NCBI RefSeq assembly: GCF_001194135.2
Contig: NC_069002.1
Coordinates: 36,023,014-36,087,013, forward strand
From: Octopus bimaculoides
Taxonomy: Eukaryota
Length of the DNA stretch: 64,000 nt
Direction of reading: 5' to 3'
Shown here: piece after piece, positions 1-13,246 of the stretch
Position numbering within the stretch: the first letter of the stretch is position 1
Layout: each line of letters starts with the position of its first letter
The notes under the pieces: generated by a model
The model's database searches: none
Told to the model about the DNA's origin: nothing
The model's input: only the letters and a program-made list of their open reading frames with translations
Program-made: the position numbers and the translations under genes

Positions 1-59
1 GTTCATAGAGACCACATTAGACACTCAAGTCCAGCGAAATTACCGTACAAAGTATGTGT

Positions 60-480
60 TAACATCCGCACATGTCATAAAATGTTTATGAAAACAAGAA
101 GAGTCCTACAGAAAACAGGCGCTGGGTGAGCAAGGACATCTGTGGAAGAACTGCGAATTTGAGCAGGATTTCATCGTAGTCATACTTAGTCCATTTGTAA
201 TGCAAGTTGACAGGTAAGTTTACCACGTTCACAACATTTTTCACAAGAAACTGAGGCTTTATGCTTTGAAAGTGTAACGTTTGCAAGCATTTCAAGCAAA
301 TGACAAACACCAAATTTGATCTGAATATGTTACCGCGATTAGATTCAGATGACGGCTTCCTTCGGAAGAGATTTCTTTTCAGTGATGGAGCAGCAATTAT
401 CAGGAATGATAAATACGCGCAACATCAGGAACTGGGGTTCCAAAACACCACACGAAACTAGAGGACTGGAGAGAAACAAC
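60..480 (+). mobile_element. Degenerate IS630-Tc1-mariner transposase fragment
   Basis: Frameshifted translation gives HKKLRLYALKV*RLQAFQAND, DDGFLRKRFLFSDGAA and SGMINTRNIRNWGSKTPHETRGLERNNP, matching the Tc1-like FSDEA..F.L.G.VN..N.R.WG..NPH block; truncated by a (TGTA)n tract. Confidence 0.75.
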
Positions 481-483
481 CCA

Positions 484-686
484 TGTGTATGTATACATGC
501 ATGCAAACATGCATGCATGTGTGTATGTATGTATGTATGTATGTATGTATGTATGTATGTATGTATGTATGAAAGAAGAAGAAGAAGAAGAAGAAGAAGA
601 AGAAGAAGAAGAAGAAGAAGAAGAAGAAGAAGAAGAAGAAGAAGAAGAAGAAGAAGAAGAAGAAGAAGAAGAAGAAGAAGAAGAAG
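484..686. repeat. Compound microsatellite (TGYA)n followed by about 37 GAA units
   Basis: Directly visible; explains the poly-R/E/S/F ORFs in the track. Confidence 0.97.
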
Positions 687-867
687 GAAATTGGAATATA
701 GTGCGCAGTAACACTATTACGAAAGTTTTGCCTCCTCGGCACGGCCAGAATAATCAGGAAAGTATTAGTTAGCTGAAAAGTACGACGAATAGCAATGGTA
801 CCATAAGCTGCAGATAGTAAGCCCGGTACACACGCAAGACTCCAGGAGCTCCAACAAACCTGTGATA

Positions 868-887
868 AATAGAACATAATAATAACA

Positions 888-950
<63 letters not shown>

Positions 951-957
951 TAAATAA
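868..957. repeat. (AAT)n microsatellite
   Basis: Directly visible. Confidence 0.95.
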
Positions 958-1474
958 CAATAAACGAAATGAAACTAAGTTTAGATAAAGATTGAAATTT
1001 TTGCAACAATAGTTAACTGCAGTACCAACGTCTCGGTTTATTATATAATACAGCGATTGATTTAACTGTAGGCGAAAATTTCTTTAATTTCCGTCTAATC
1101 TTTTATTTTTCTTATTTTTGGTTATATAACTTGTTTCTATTTAGAAATCTCTCGGGAAATACCTTTTGAAGCAATTTCTAAATTTCTAAATCTGTATNNN
1201 NNNNNNNNNNNNNNNNNNNNNNNNNNNNNNNNNNNNNNNNNNNNNNNNNNNNNNNNNNNNNNNNNNNNNNNNNNNNNNNNNNNNNNNNNNNNNNNNNNNN
1301 NNNNNNNNNNNNNNNNNNNNNNNNNNNNNNNNNNNNNNNNNNNNNNNNNNNNNNNNNNNNNNNNNNNNNNNNNNNNNNNNNNNNNNNNNNNNNNNNNNNN
1401 NNNNNNNNNNNNNNNNNNNNNNNNNNNNNNNNNNNNNNNNNNNNNNNNNNNNNNNNNNNNNNNNNNNNNNNATA

Positions 1475-1738
1475 TATAATGGCATTTCTATATAAGCTTA
1501 AAGCTTATGGTGATCACAGTGCAATGACTAAGGAAAATAATATAATAAAGGGGCATATAAGCCCTCGACAGAATAAAGAAGAGTTTGCTATCCGCGTGGA
1601 ATAGGAAAGCCTTCGACGCGGATAGGAAAGCTTTCTTTATTCTGTGGAGGGCTTATATGCCCCTTTATTATACTATTTTCTTTAGTCATTGCACGGTGAT
1701 CGCCATAAGCTTTAATCTTATATAAAAATACGATTATC
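1475..1738. mobile_element. Fold-back (MITE-like) palindromic element
   Basis: 1491-1597 is the reverse complement of 1616-1722 (about 10 mismatches in 107 bp, 18-nt loop); similarity continues outward to about 1475/1738, the left side running into an N gap. Confidence 0.8.
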
Positions 1739-2112
1739 ATTATTTACATGATTGTAAATTCGGTGCCGTATAAAAAATCATTCGCACCGAAAGCCAGACC
1801 GTTATTTAAATAACGATTAAATCAAGTGGTAGCATGGAGAGAAAAAAACCTTATAGGCTATAATTATTATTAAAATTATAAATAAGGGTATGTAAGAGAT
1901 ACCACCATGCTTGAAATAGCAGTGAAAACCTGACTCTAAAACCACATCATGTATCCAGTACAGAACAAGATGAAAAGACAAATAGATAAATAAACGAGTA
2001 AAACAATAGATAATTCCAGATCCTGGTTGTCTGGTTCTGTATAAAAATACTCTGCCTTCGTCAATGAAATATACTAAGAACTATACATAATTTAGTTAAC
2101 CGTCCAAACACC

Positions 2113-2229
<117 letters not shown>

Positions 2230-2708
2230 AACGTAGTTTAAGAAAAATCCATTCATATTTTCCATTAAGAATAATAACTTCGAAAATAGCCGTTTTCCGT
2301 GCTTACACCTTTGTTTTGCAACATGTTACTGTTGCAATGAAAATATCTAGTGTTTTCTTTTTACGTGAATAAATGGAAACGAATATTAAATGAAATTCTG
2401 AACATTTTCTATTTTGCGATCTATTACATCCTGATGTGTTTTGGGAAGTATTTGTGCTTGTATATTATCACGCTATTTCTCTTATATCATTCGTGTTGAT
2501 CAATAGCACACTGTATCTCGAAGCTTCGGTTTCCAAAATAAATGATACAGACACGCTTTCATTATGTCTCCAACAACGAAGACGCCACCCTTTCTATTTG
2601 GACTTCGCTGGATCGAATCCGCTCTCGGTGCCGTTAGTAACCCGACATCTTAATATTTGTACTATGAGTCAATTCATCGCATTAATATTTATATTATCGA
2701 GAAGCGGA

Positions 2709-2895
2709 GGGCAATGAGCTGGCAAGGTCGTTAGTGCGCCGGGCAAAATGCATAGCAGTATTTCGTCCGTCTGCGTTGAGTTTAAATTCAGCTGAGGTCG
2801 ACTTTGTCTTTCGTCCTTTTTGGATCGATAAAATAAGTACCACTTGAGCACTTTCCCCCTCCTCCGAAATTGCTGGCCTTGTGTCGAAATTTGAA
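2709..2895 (+). mobile_element. SINE family A copy (head GAGCTGGC...)
   Basis: Matches the best copy at 38879-39110: gagctggca..cgttag..cgccgggcaaaatgc, gaggtcgactttg, gataaaataagtacc, and the ggccttgtg tail. Confidence 0.8.
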
Positions 2896-2916
2896 GCTAA
2901 TATTAATATTATCAAA

Positions 2917-3107
2917 GGCGGAGAGCTGACTGAATTGTGACCAGGTCGGACAAAATGCTTCACGGCGTTTTGTCCTTTTTTGAGTTCTGAGTTCAAATTC
3001 CTTTCGCGGTCGATAAAATAAGTAACAGCCAAGCACTGGGGTCGATGTAATCGATCGATCCCCTCACCCGGAATTGCTGGCCATGTGCCAAATTTTGAAA
3101 TCAATAT
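2917..3107 (+). mobile_element. SINE family A copy (tandem with previous)
   Basis: ggcggagagctg head, gagttcaaattc B-box-like motif, gtcgataaaataagta, actggggtcgatgtaatcga, tail ggccatgtgcc. Confidence 0.8.
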
Positions 3108-4148
3108 TTGTTTTATCAGTTAATATTGCCTCAATGTGAGACAGTGAAGTGCGTTACTTTAGCGAGAAGTGTTATGTAATTCAGTTCTTAAATTGAATAA
3201 TTTTCATCACATGTAAATGATTAATCTAAAAGTGTGATTCAGATGAAAATTATTGAATTTCGAAAGTGATTAGATTAAAAAATATTTGATTGAAATCTAA
3301 TGTTCAATTCAAAATCATGCAATTCTGAATTCTATCCTACTTTATGATATCTGAAAGAAATATTTTCTACTGTAATGCTGGAACAACTTCACTGCTATGA
3401 ATAAAATTGGATTGAGAGGAACTGCGACACCTTTTCAGATGATTGCACCTATTTTAGAGTGGTAGGCTGATTTGGATACGCACGGTGAATGCACTAAGCA
3501 ATATGAATTTTAATGTGAACGTCGACATCAGTTCAGCCCAAACGCCGTGCTGTTTCGGTTGCCATTTGGAGAACAAAGTGGAGGACAAATTTCCGTACAT
3601 AGGGCAAGCAGTCTTTTAATGCAGATTTCGGCTACTTTCATGTTATTAAGTGGGGATTATTAAGGCTACTATTTCAGCGAGTATTAAAGGTATTAGGAAA
3701 TTGAATATTGATAACAAATAAGGTATCTGCTATATACACATAACTTATGTATGATGTTTTATATATTTTTATATCTAGAGTTCTCAACTGGTTTAAAAAA
3801 GCAAAAGCTTTTCAGAAATACCTACACAAACGCAGACATATGTCACACATATATACATAATATATGCAACCCTCTCACTCTATGTATGTATCTGCCTGAC
3901 AATCTGTATATATGAAACTGTTACTTTACACATACAGACATAAACATTTGCTCTCTATTTTATAGGGTATGCTCTTTTTCTGATTTATGATCTTATAACG
4001 AAGTTTCTTTGCTCCCCGCCGGTCACAAAGTGTATGATAACAGACCGCTATCAGGTCCATTTCTCACAACTCCACCGCCGGTTGGGCGCTTCTGCATAAC
4101 CATAAAATATCTGTAATATTCTTCGCATTAATGGATTTACACAGCACC

Positions 4149-5150
4149 GGATATTCCTTTAAAAATATTCCTACACCATCAAATGAACTGTACAAAAGAA
4201 TGCTACTTCGAAAGATATTATAAGACGCATGACGTGGAAAGCTTTTTTCTTCGACCAAGTTGCACCACATTCGGACAAAGACCGCTTTAACATCAGGTCT
4301 AGAAGATTCCTATCCAAGATCAAAGAACTCGAAGCTTTCGAAACAGACTTGCTGGGTATTATACCAAACCTTAGATTCCGTAAGTCCTCATTCACCTTTT
4401 AACGTAGATTTAGATCCGATATACACCTCCTTAAGAATACAGATAGAACCCTACTATTCTCAGATAAGACAAATAACTATTATAAGATATATAATGACCT
4501 CTACAACAGGCTCTTAGAGAACAACATCACACAAAAATATAGACGGGCCGCACCACACGCCTATGATCGCATCAATAATGAGGCTAAACGAATAGCTACC
4601 GACCTAGGCATCACCGACATAGTAGAAATACTAGCTTAACGTAATGCTTTTATAACTATCGAAGATCACGAACCGAACTTCGCTTCCAACCCTAAGTGCC
4701 GCTTGATTAACCCTGCCAAATCCAAAATCGGACTGTTGAGTAAACCCATGCTAAGAAGGATTAATAAAGACACAAGGAAGGCGTCTAATTTCTCTTTATG
4801 GCGTAAAACAATCGAGGTGTTACATTGGTTTGAGGCCAAACGAAGCACTTTTAGAGTTAAGTTCATACAATTCGATATAGTAGACTTTTATCCATTGATA
4901 TGTTACTTGATAGGGCATTAGTATATGCTAGACGAATTACCAACATAAGCGATGGAGAAATAGATATAATTATGCACGCTAGGAAAACGCTGCGGTTCAA
5001 CCAGGATTCGAACTGGGTCAAACGAACTGACCCTGAAGGCTCCTTCGACGTCGTGACGGGGTCATATGACAACGCTGATATTTGTGACCTTATATGGTTT
5101 TACATTCTGGACACCCTGGGTAATTTGGTTAATACTAGGGATGAAAAAGT
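4149..5150 (+). mobile_element. Penelope-like retroelement reverse transcriptase remnant (N-terminal region to palm)
   Basis: Translation across frameshifts and stops: GYSFKNIPTPS, RRMTWKAFFF, ELEAFETDL, NNITQKYR, AFITIEDHEPNFASNPKCRLINPAKSKIG, FIQFDIVDFYP, FDVVTGSYDNADICDL; these are the conserved blocks of C-terminal-endonuclease PLE RTs abundant in marine invertebrates. Confidence 0.88.
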
Positions 5151-6330
5151 TTGCTCATGTAAACACATGACGAAATTCCTATTCATCAATCTTAAATAAT
5201 TCTTCCTTTTGACAGATGAAGTGCAGCTAAGCAGTGTGTTTAGCATGCTGACGATCCTACCAGCTCGCTGCCTTATTGTTTTCAAATCTTTAAACGATAT
5301 TTGAATATTAAATACATTTTAAAATGCCTCCAAATTTTAAAAAAAGGAAGAAGAAAATGAACCGAAATTCAGTATTTATTGAGATTTTCTGGATATGAAG
5401 AACAAAAGGAGAGAGGATTAAAGATGTCGAGTCGATTGAAGATACTGCACCTCGTGTTAATTTATCTTAACAATCCCAAAATAGGGAACACTCCTTGAAA
5501 TGAAACAATAGATGATAAAATTAATATGAGCTAAATGGAAGGAAAGCAGACAGACACAGAAGGCTTTGAAATCAAAACCAAGACAAAAAAACATTCAATA
5601 TGGTGTAAGCTTATGCTATAACGTTTCTTCCAAATTAATTATTCCTCGAATATTTAAATAGCCATCCATAATAAAGGATTTAATGAGTTCATGTTTGCAA
5701 ATGAGTCAATTAAGAAATAAAACGACCAAAATCAGTTAAAATCTAATTCGTTACTAACAGTTAATTATTTAGAGATCTCCTTGTATATTTATAAGTCATT
5801 GGCAGTATTTGTTTAAGATTTATTGAACAATTAACCAGAAACAGCAATTATTCACTGTGAACGTCTGAGAGTTAAACCTGCTTTATTGAAAGAAGAGCAA
5901 CAATGATGTAGTTAGTATTAAACCACGAATGATGTTAGACCAGCGATGATGGATTTAGTTAATGTTAAGCTACCAATAGTGTTTGAAATCAATATTAGAC
6001 TAAGAATGGCCTACTAATTTCGTATTAGACTAATAAGGAAGAATTAACTTTGTGTTAAACCAATAGTAATAGTAGACAAGCAGCAATGATATGTTTAGTT
6101 AATATTAAACTAACAATGTTTATCAATATTAGACTAACAATAACGTTTTCATTGAATATCACATTTATAATGATAAAATGATGTGATTATTTTACTAGAA
6201 ACTACTGATTCTGCTTATCGTTGCTTATATATATATATAGAGAGAGATTACTAAAACATGAGAGAGACTGTTCTACTTAAGGGGAGAGAGCTGCTTCAGG
6301 ATTTATATACACAGTTACAGTAAAAAAAAA

Positions 6331-6411
6331 CTTGTTCAGTGTGCCACGCAGTGGAACTGAACCCACAACCATGTAGTTGTGAAGCAGACTACCTACCACA
6401 CGCCTTTGCCT
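6331..6411 (-). mobile_element. SINE family B tRNA-like head fragment
   Basis: Reverse complement gtggtaggtagtctgctt..caactacatggttgtgggttcagttccactgcgtggcac matches the family B head seen at 45149-45276 and 19850-19914. Confidence 0.7.
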
Positions 6412-7451
6412 ATTATATATATATATGAAAGAATAATAGATTAACAAGATGGTCACAAGTGGAACCTATTTTATCACAGATGATAGGTCTGTTCAATCAG
6501 TGCAGAGTCGGAGCTAAATACCAACAATAATGGTAAGAACATGGATCTTTAGCGCAAATATTTCTCTACTGTTTCAGCAACTGTTATTCAAAAATGAAGA
6601 CGATTCATTAAACAACGTAGGCGTAGAAAGCAAGAATAACAACAACAGCAGTAACAACAAAATAAAGAAAAAAAAATGTGTGATCAAATCTAGAACATAT
6701 CTGATCATAGGTCTTCTTAATCAACGCCAACCCGGGGCTAAAAAATATTAAAAACACGAAGGGTCTTGACGTAATAGACTCATTTCTTTGTAGTTTCTTT
6801 ATATCAACGTTACCGTTAGTAAAAATCATTAGTATGATAACCCGTAAATTTTAGATATTGAAAATTAAGTGTCGTGTCGAGAACTACCATATTAGAGTGG
6901 ATAACTGACTCCTGAGCTCATCTTTAAGGATAGACTGTAATTGGCCTCTCAGAGACTAGCAATTCTCAAGAATTTTCCCAATAGCTATTATCATCAAAGT
7001 TTAAAACTTTGCTACTAGTGGAGTATATTTATATTGTAAGTCATAACATCTCGTTAAGCAAAAGCGACTGCATTAGTTCTGATGTTAACCATGGAATTAA
7101 GGAACCATTCGCTAGGAAGATTATCGTTGCTGACACTAACTTATACAGACACATACATAAATGCTAGTGTGTGTGTATGTGTGTGTGCATAATATATGTA
7201 TTGTATGTACTTATATGTATATTTGAATGTATAAACACAGTGTGTTAGTATGCGCATGTATGTGTATATGAGTATATGAAGCCATAAGTATGTATAGACA
7301 CACACACACGTATATATATACACACACTTATGCATGAAAATGTATTTTTACACATATGCATTTATTAATAATAATATGGTTTATATATATACATATGGAA
7401 ATATGCATGTAGGTATACACTCATATATATGCATTAATATAGACATACATA

Positions 7452-7493
<42 letters not shown>

Positions 7494-8020
7494 CAAACAT
7501 ACACACACACACTCACGCACACACTCACACTCGGACACATATATGCATACATATATGCATCACATATATGTATCTTCAGGAGTTACCTCCTAGTTCGTTA
7601 TCGTTCCATATTTTGACTTAAATAAACGTGAGGTAAAATTAAGACTTTCATTCATACACATAGTTTCCGGCGGCAAATCCACTGATTCTTGAATCTTTTG
7701 GAACAATAGACGTTGAAGAAATCAAATGAGAAGCGTCAGAGATATTGTTGGATTTCTGAATTCTTCGTTTTCTTTCATCTTGTTCGCTCGCAATGTAAAG
7801 ATAAATTGTATGTTATTGTTTAGTTTCAAATACCTCTATTCGTTCATCTTCTATCCATGCGTGTAGTAAATATAAATGGATTAAAATATAAAACATGTTT
7901 AAGGATATAAAAGTATTAGGGTGTTCATGTAAGGTGTTCAAATCAGCATAAATCATATCGTTAATATGCAAACTTTAGGTTAGTTTAAATATGTTTTGGA
8001 CATACTTCAAGGGTAACAGA

Positions 8021-8246
8021 CAAGGCCGTCTTCGGCGGTATTTGAACTCAGAACGGAAAAATCGCCGCCCAGCATTTTGCCTGGCGTGCTAACGGTTCTG
8101 CCAGCCCCCAGTTTTTAAAAGCCAGTAATTTCGGGGGAGTGAGAATCAGTCGATTACATAGACAACAGTGCTTGATTGGTATTTATTTCATCGATCTCGA
8201 AAGGATGAAAGGCAAAGTCGATCACGGTAGAATTTGAACTCAGAAC
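8021..8246 (-). mobile_element. Two truncated SINE family A pieces (5' half at 8021-8108, 3' half at 8114-8246)
   Basis: ttcggcggtatttgaactcagaac..cattttgcctggcgtgctaacggttctgccagc and cgattacatagac..aaaggatgaaaggcaaagtcga. Confidence 0.75.
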
Positions 8247-9002
8247 TCATCTCTATGAGAAGAATCCTATGGTGAAGACCTCGTCAAAGAAAATTACCTA
8301 CAAAGAAAAACTGTAGTGTGGCTTTAAATAACGGGAAAAAGGTGATCATTTAAAATTTTTTTTTTTTTTCTTTTTTTAAAGATATTTAGCGTTATAAAAG
8401 AAAGTTCATTGTTCGATTAGGTTAATTGCATAGAACCTTTACCCAGAGTGTATGAAAGGTACGGAGTTCGATACGCTGGCGTTTCACTGCTCACTTTTAT
8501 TCTCCCTTTTCTTAATGTATTTACCCAATCTTCGCAGCTGTTTATCACAGCTATTCTGCGCTTGTGATCTAATTCAGATGAAAGAGATCCTTGAGAAGAA
8601 TATAATGGTGAAATATTTGTCAAGAAATATTAATTACAACAAATGTTGCGAGGCTTTTAATGATTGAGAAAAAGGTGATAATTTTAAGAATTCAAAATAA
8701 TTTTGTCTTTTTAAGAGAAAAATATTATTTTATTAATATAATAGAACAAAAAATTCACTCATTACAAAAACTAATCAGTAATCATTTAATTAAAAGATAA
8801 TATTTTTCAGTAAAACTTGTTTTAAAATATATTTATTTGTAACAAATATGCCGCTACTAACCCTTAGTTGTTCTTAGGTGAAAACAAAATTTCTAAATTT
8901 AAGCAAATTCCACATTTAAAAAATAGTTACAATGGTATAATTTTCTCAATTATAAAAGTAAATATAACCAATTATAATAACAGAATCGTTGGTAAAAAGT
9001 GG

Positions 9003-9825
9003 ACCAGAATGAAGAATGCGGTCGCAGAATCCTAGAATACTTTAAGTCTTGAACCTGGAAAAGTACAGAACAAGCAGTTATTAAACCAGGAAAAGTACAG
9101 GAGAAAACAAATCTCAAAATATTGCTGCTAAATTTATTTCTGAAATTGTTCATCAAATAGTGTATGCAGTGTTTTGTTCTTTTTAATATTTTTTGCTTTT
9201 ATTTTCACAAATTTCTTAAAGAAAACTCATTATCCAAAAAAGAATTAAATCACAGATCTTGTGTTTTGTGTAATTCAACAATGTAAAAAATAGTAAAACA
9301 AAATGTTTTATTAAAGAAACAAATGAATTAATTTTTTTAAAGTTTGCCTTAGATGAAAAAAACGTATGTTTTATCTACAACTGCAATAATATTTTTTTTA
9401 ATTAAAGCTGATGAATAAATTGAGTGCAAAATGTAGAAATGACTGCTTAGCTTGCTTTACAACACTTAATGATTATAATTGCCAATAAAATTGCTATCAT
9501 GTGATTATTTTAAAAAATATATAAATTTGCAATATCAAATTTTGAATAGGTAAACTTGAAGGTAAATTAGTCTTTCTCCTAAAATTGAAAATAAGTAGCT
9601 TCATGAGTATTCTAATTCTTAAGTAACTTTTGAATAAAAATAAAAAAATATAAAAGGTCATATATTGCTATTTTAGTTTTTAAATTTTAACTTCATCAGC
9701 AATATTTTAGCTTCTTTTCTTATTGTCCTGTACTTTTCCAGGTTTAATTACCGTTGTTCTGTTCTTTTCCAGGTTCGATAGTTAAGAATATTCTAGGATT
9801 CTGCACCCGCATTTTCCATTCTAGT
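9003..9825. mobile_element. Non-autonomous DNA element with about 130-bp terminal inverted repeats
   Basis: 9003-9128 is about 80% identical to the reverse complement of 9697-9825; each arm contains two aacc(t/a)ggaaaag(t/a)acag units; AT-rich non-coding interior. Confidence 0.75.
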
Positions 9826-11294
9826 AATGAACATGTTTATGCAGTCTCATTTATGATGAGGAATTAAAAAATAAAAATAAAAAAACAATGAAAAATGAAG
9901 GTATGAAATTTCATTAAATAATTCTGTTTATGCACGTAGATAAAATTACTGAAAACAAAATGGCGCCATACCTGCTGTTTAGTTCAAATTTACAATCAAC
10001 AATGCACTCCTAATATCAAAATAAACAAGAAAAGACGAAAAGTAACGAATCAAACATGGTTGTTGAAGCAAATAGCTATTTTCATATATATACATACATA
10101 TATTTGTATGTATGTATGTATGTATGTATGTATGTATTTATGCATGTATGTGTGTATGCATGTATGTATACGCGTATATAAATGCATATATACCTACATG
10201 CATGTATGCAAACACGTACACATACAACATAAACACTCACACATACACACATAACATAAATGAGATTTAAGCCTATTTCGAAAGGACAATAAATACCATA
10301 TTGTCAACGGCAATAACAACAACTAGGGAAACGCCAACAACAAATATATAATTTAGCAGTAAATTGAACACCCCACCAAGCACACACTGACATACGTGTG
10401 TACCAATGTGCTCCCACACACACATTTATATATGCACATATGCAAACATATACATATATGTATGGCTATTTTATTATTGTATGTTTAAATATATTATTTT
10501 TCATTATCAAATGGCCAATTAGTTGTGCTGTTGAATGACATAGGGAGCGAATATTTCTTTATGAGAAAACCAATAAGCAATAAAACACATAACGCCGTTA
10601 ATGGCTTCTCTAAAAGTGAAATGAAACGACACATTTATTTAAATCAAAATATAAGAAATCTTTAACTGAAAAATAAATACACAGAAAAAGAAAAACTTAC
10701 AGGATAAATATATATATGTAAATTCATACTTATATATATATTTATGCATATATGCATGTAAATATACATGTACACATATACATGTACATATATCTATACA
10801 TATGTGTATATACCAGTATATGTATATATACATAAACATATATATATGTATATATACATATATATGTGTATATTTACATATATATATGTGTGTGTGTAAG
10901 TATATATGTAAATGCATTTAATGGATGTTATTCATGCAGTCGAAGTTACGGCATCTAAGTTTATTCATTATTTTACGCAAATAAATTGACACACATCCAA
11001 TGATATATATTTATACATACATGTTCATACATATATAAATACATGTATATATATATTTATAATCGTCGAAACGTTGTTTTTCCGAATATGGCGGTGAACT
11101 ATCTCTTTCCATTTCTATCACTTTCTATTTGTCTGTTTGCCCATCTATCACAGTTTATGCAATTTTTCGTATTCATACGTATATATATATGTATGCGTGT
11201 CTGTATGTTTATATGTAGATATATATATGCATGTACATGTATATGTATATACATATACATACATAGTTGACACTCACATACATGTATATATAAG

Positions 11295-11365
<71 letters not shown>

Positions 11366-11769
11366 ATGTATATTTCTTTGAATATCCTAACGAAATGTTT
11401 GTTAAAAAATAGGATCATGTGCAAATATTAAAAAAAACTGAAAACTGAGAAAGTGATAGAAAGGGTGACACAGAATGTTAAGTTTGTGGAGAGCAAAGCA
11501 AAATGTATGTTTATATGGGAACAAGGAACAATAGACGAATTTTATTATCATATTATTTTCTTTAACACAAAATAATATTTGAAATAAATTAGAATATACG
11601 AAACAATACATGTAATGTTAGAGAAATGTGAAAAATCTATTTTCGTTTATATACACGTACACACATAAGCTCACACACAGACATATATATACGAATACAC
11701 GCATGCGCATACACACAAACACACACACATACATGTATGTATTAAAAGAGGTAGATATAGATATGTATA

Positions 11770-12460
11770 TCTATATATTTATATATATATAAATGAGAAT
11801 GTATGTCTATGTGTCTGTGTGAATCCCTAAAACTCCAGAACTACACAACCAATTTCATTCCAATTTTATACATGCATTACCTAGGTTCCCGGTTATGTTT
11901 TAGTCAAAAAACATTTTAAATTCTTCCATAGTTCGAGCCCACAGCAACATAATATCTCCTCCACTATTTAAGTATTACGTGTCAAAAGTGAAACAAAAAC
12001 ACTCATGCCAAATACTTTCACTTTAAAAATGAAACTTTTCCACTATTTCAGTATCAAAACGGAAACAATTACATTTCGATACTGTAATTTTTGGGGGATT
12101 AATTTACACTACATACGAAAATACAGACATATTATCACGATACGTTATTAAACACTCACAGATCTACGCATACATACCTGACGACTGACATGATTGACAA
12201 GTGTCAATACGAAATTTTATTTTCATTTCCTTTAAAACTACACATTTACTGTTCCATTACGGATTAATAATTATCGCAGCAGCTGCAAGGGTTTGTTGTT
12301 CGTTTCACTGTGGCAGCTTGCTACCCATATTTTTTACTCCGTTTTCTGAGGGTATTTTGCCATTTCTTCATTGAACCATTTGTATTGAAAAATCTAAAGA
12401 TGTATGTATATATATGTATACATCTAAATTTGCATCTCAGGGCACGCGTGTCGTCCTACC
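11770..12460 (+). mobile_element. Probable non-autonomous Helitron/Helentron-like element
   Basis: Starts tctatat..atatataaatgagaatgtatgtctatgtgtctgtgtg..ccctaaaactccagaactacacaaccaatttcatt, the typical 5' core of such elements; 3' end not confidently located. Confidence 0.4.
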
Positions 12461-13062
12461 AACATGTTTTCTCTCGTTGAATATTTTGCTTAGTCTGACT
12501 TCAACTGAAAGAAATTTAATGTTATTTTAGTTCTTGCATGAATTAAATTAAAGAACCAAATTATCATGTTCTCGTAGGCACGTTCCCAGAAATATATCTT
12601 CAAATTTATTTCTCGATGGCTTTTTTTCTTCTTCAACTATTAAAAAATATCTCCTTTCATTCCATTTATTCGATCGCATTACTTATCGTCTTCTTATTTG
12701 GTCTGTTGCTTCCATTGAAGAATTTGAATTTGAACTTTTCGCTTCTACTGGTAGCCATTCCTGCACAATCGCATTTTGCATTTCGGCTCTATCCTTTTTT
12801 CAAATCGTAATTTCCTCCACACTTGCTAACTTTCTTTCAATCACTTTTTCTTGCTATTTTCCCTTCTCCGTGAATTTTCTTTTCCCTTTCATGCATTTCG
12901 GTTTCCTTCATTTCCGTTTATTCCTGAATGCTTTATCATTCTTTATCTTCGAATAAACCGATTCTTATTCATTCTTCCTCTGTTCGTTCTCTTCTTCCCA
13001 CTTTTCTCAAAACAATAATTCTCATGCCTTCTTCCCTTTCCATTCCCTTCAATAATCAGACA

Positions 13063-13246
13063 TTCTTCTTCTTCTTCTTCTTCCCCTCCTCCTCCTACTA
13101 CTATCTCATCACCACCATCCCTACTACTACTACTACTACTACTACCTCACCACCACAATCATTAGTACTACTACTACTACTACTACTACCTCACCATCAC
13201 CATCACTACTACTCCTACTACTACCACCACCATCACCCCCACCTTC
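13063..13246. repeat. Compound trinucleotide repeat (CTT)(CCT)(CTA)(CAC/CAT)
   Basis: Directly visible. Confidence 0.9.

Noticed and set aside
8538-8667. Candidate exon after a polypyrimidine tract
   Set aside because: No good donor site and no recognisable protein similarity.
12178-12218. CTGACGA..TGACA/TGTCA..CGAAA hammerhead-like string
   Set aside because: There are extra unpaired bases between helix II and GAAA, no helix III or NUH site, and no helix I.
12610-13060. Pyrimidine-rich stretch, possible old LINE on the minus strand (also 15800-16400)
   Set aside because: Too degraded to recover RT or endonuclease motifs.
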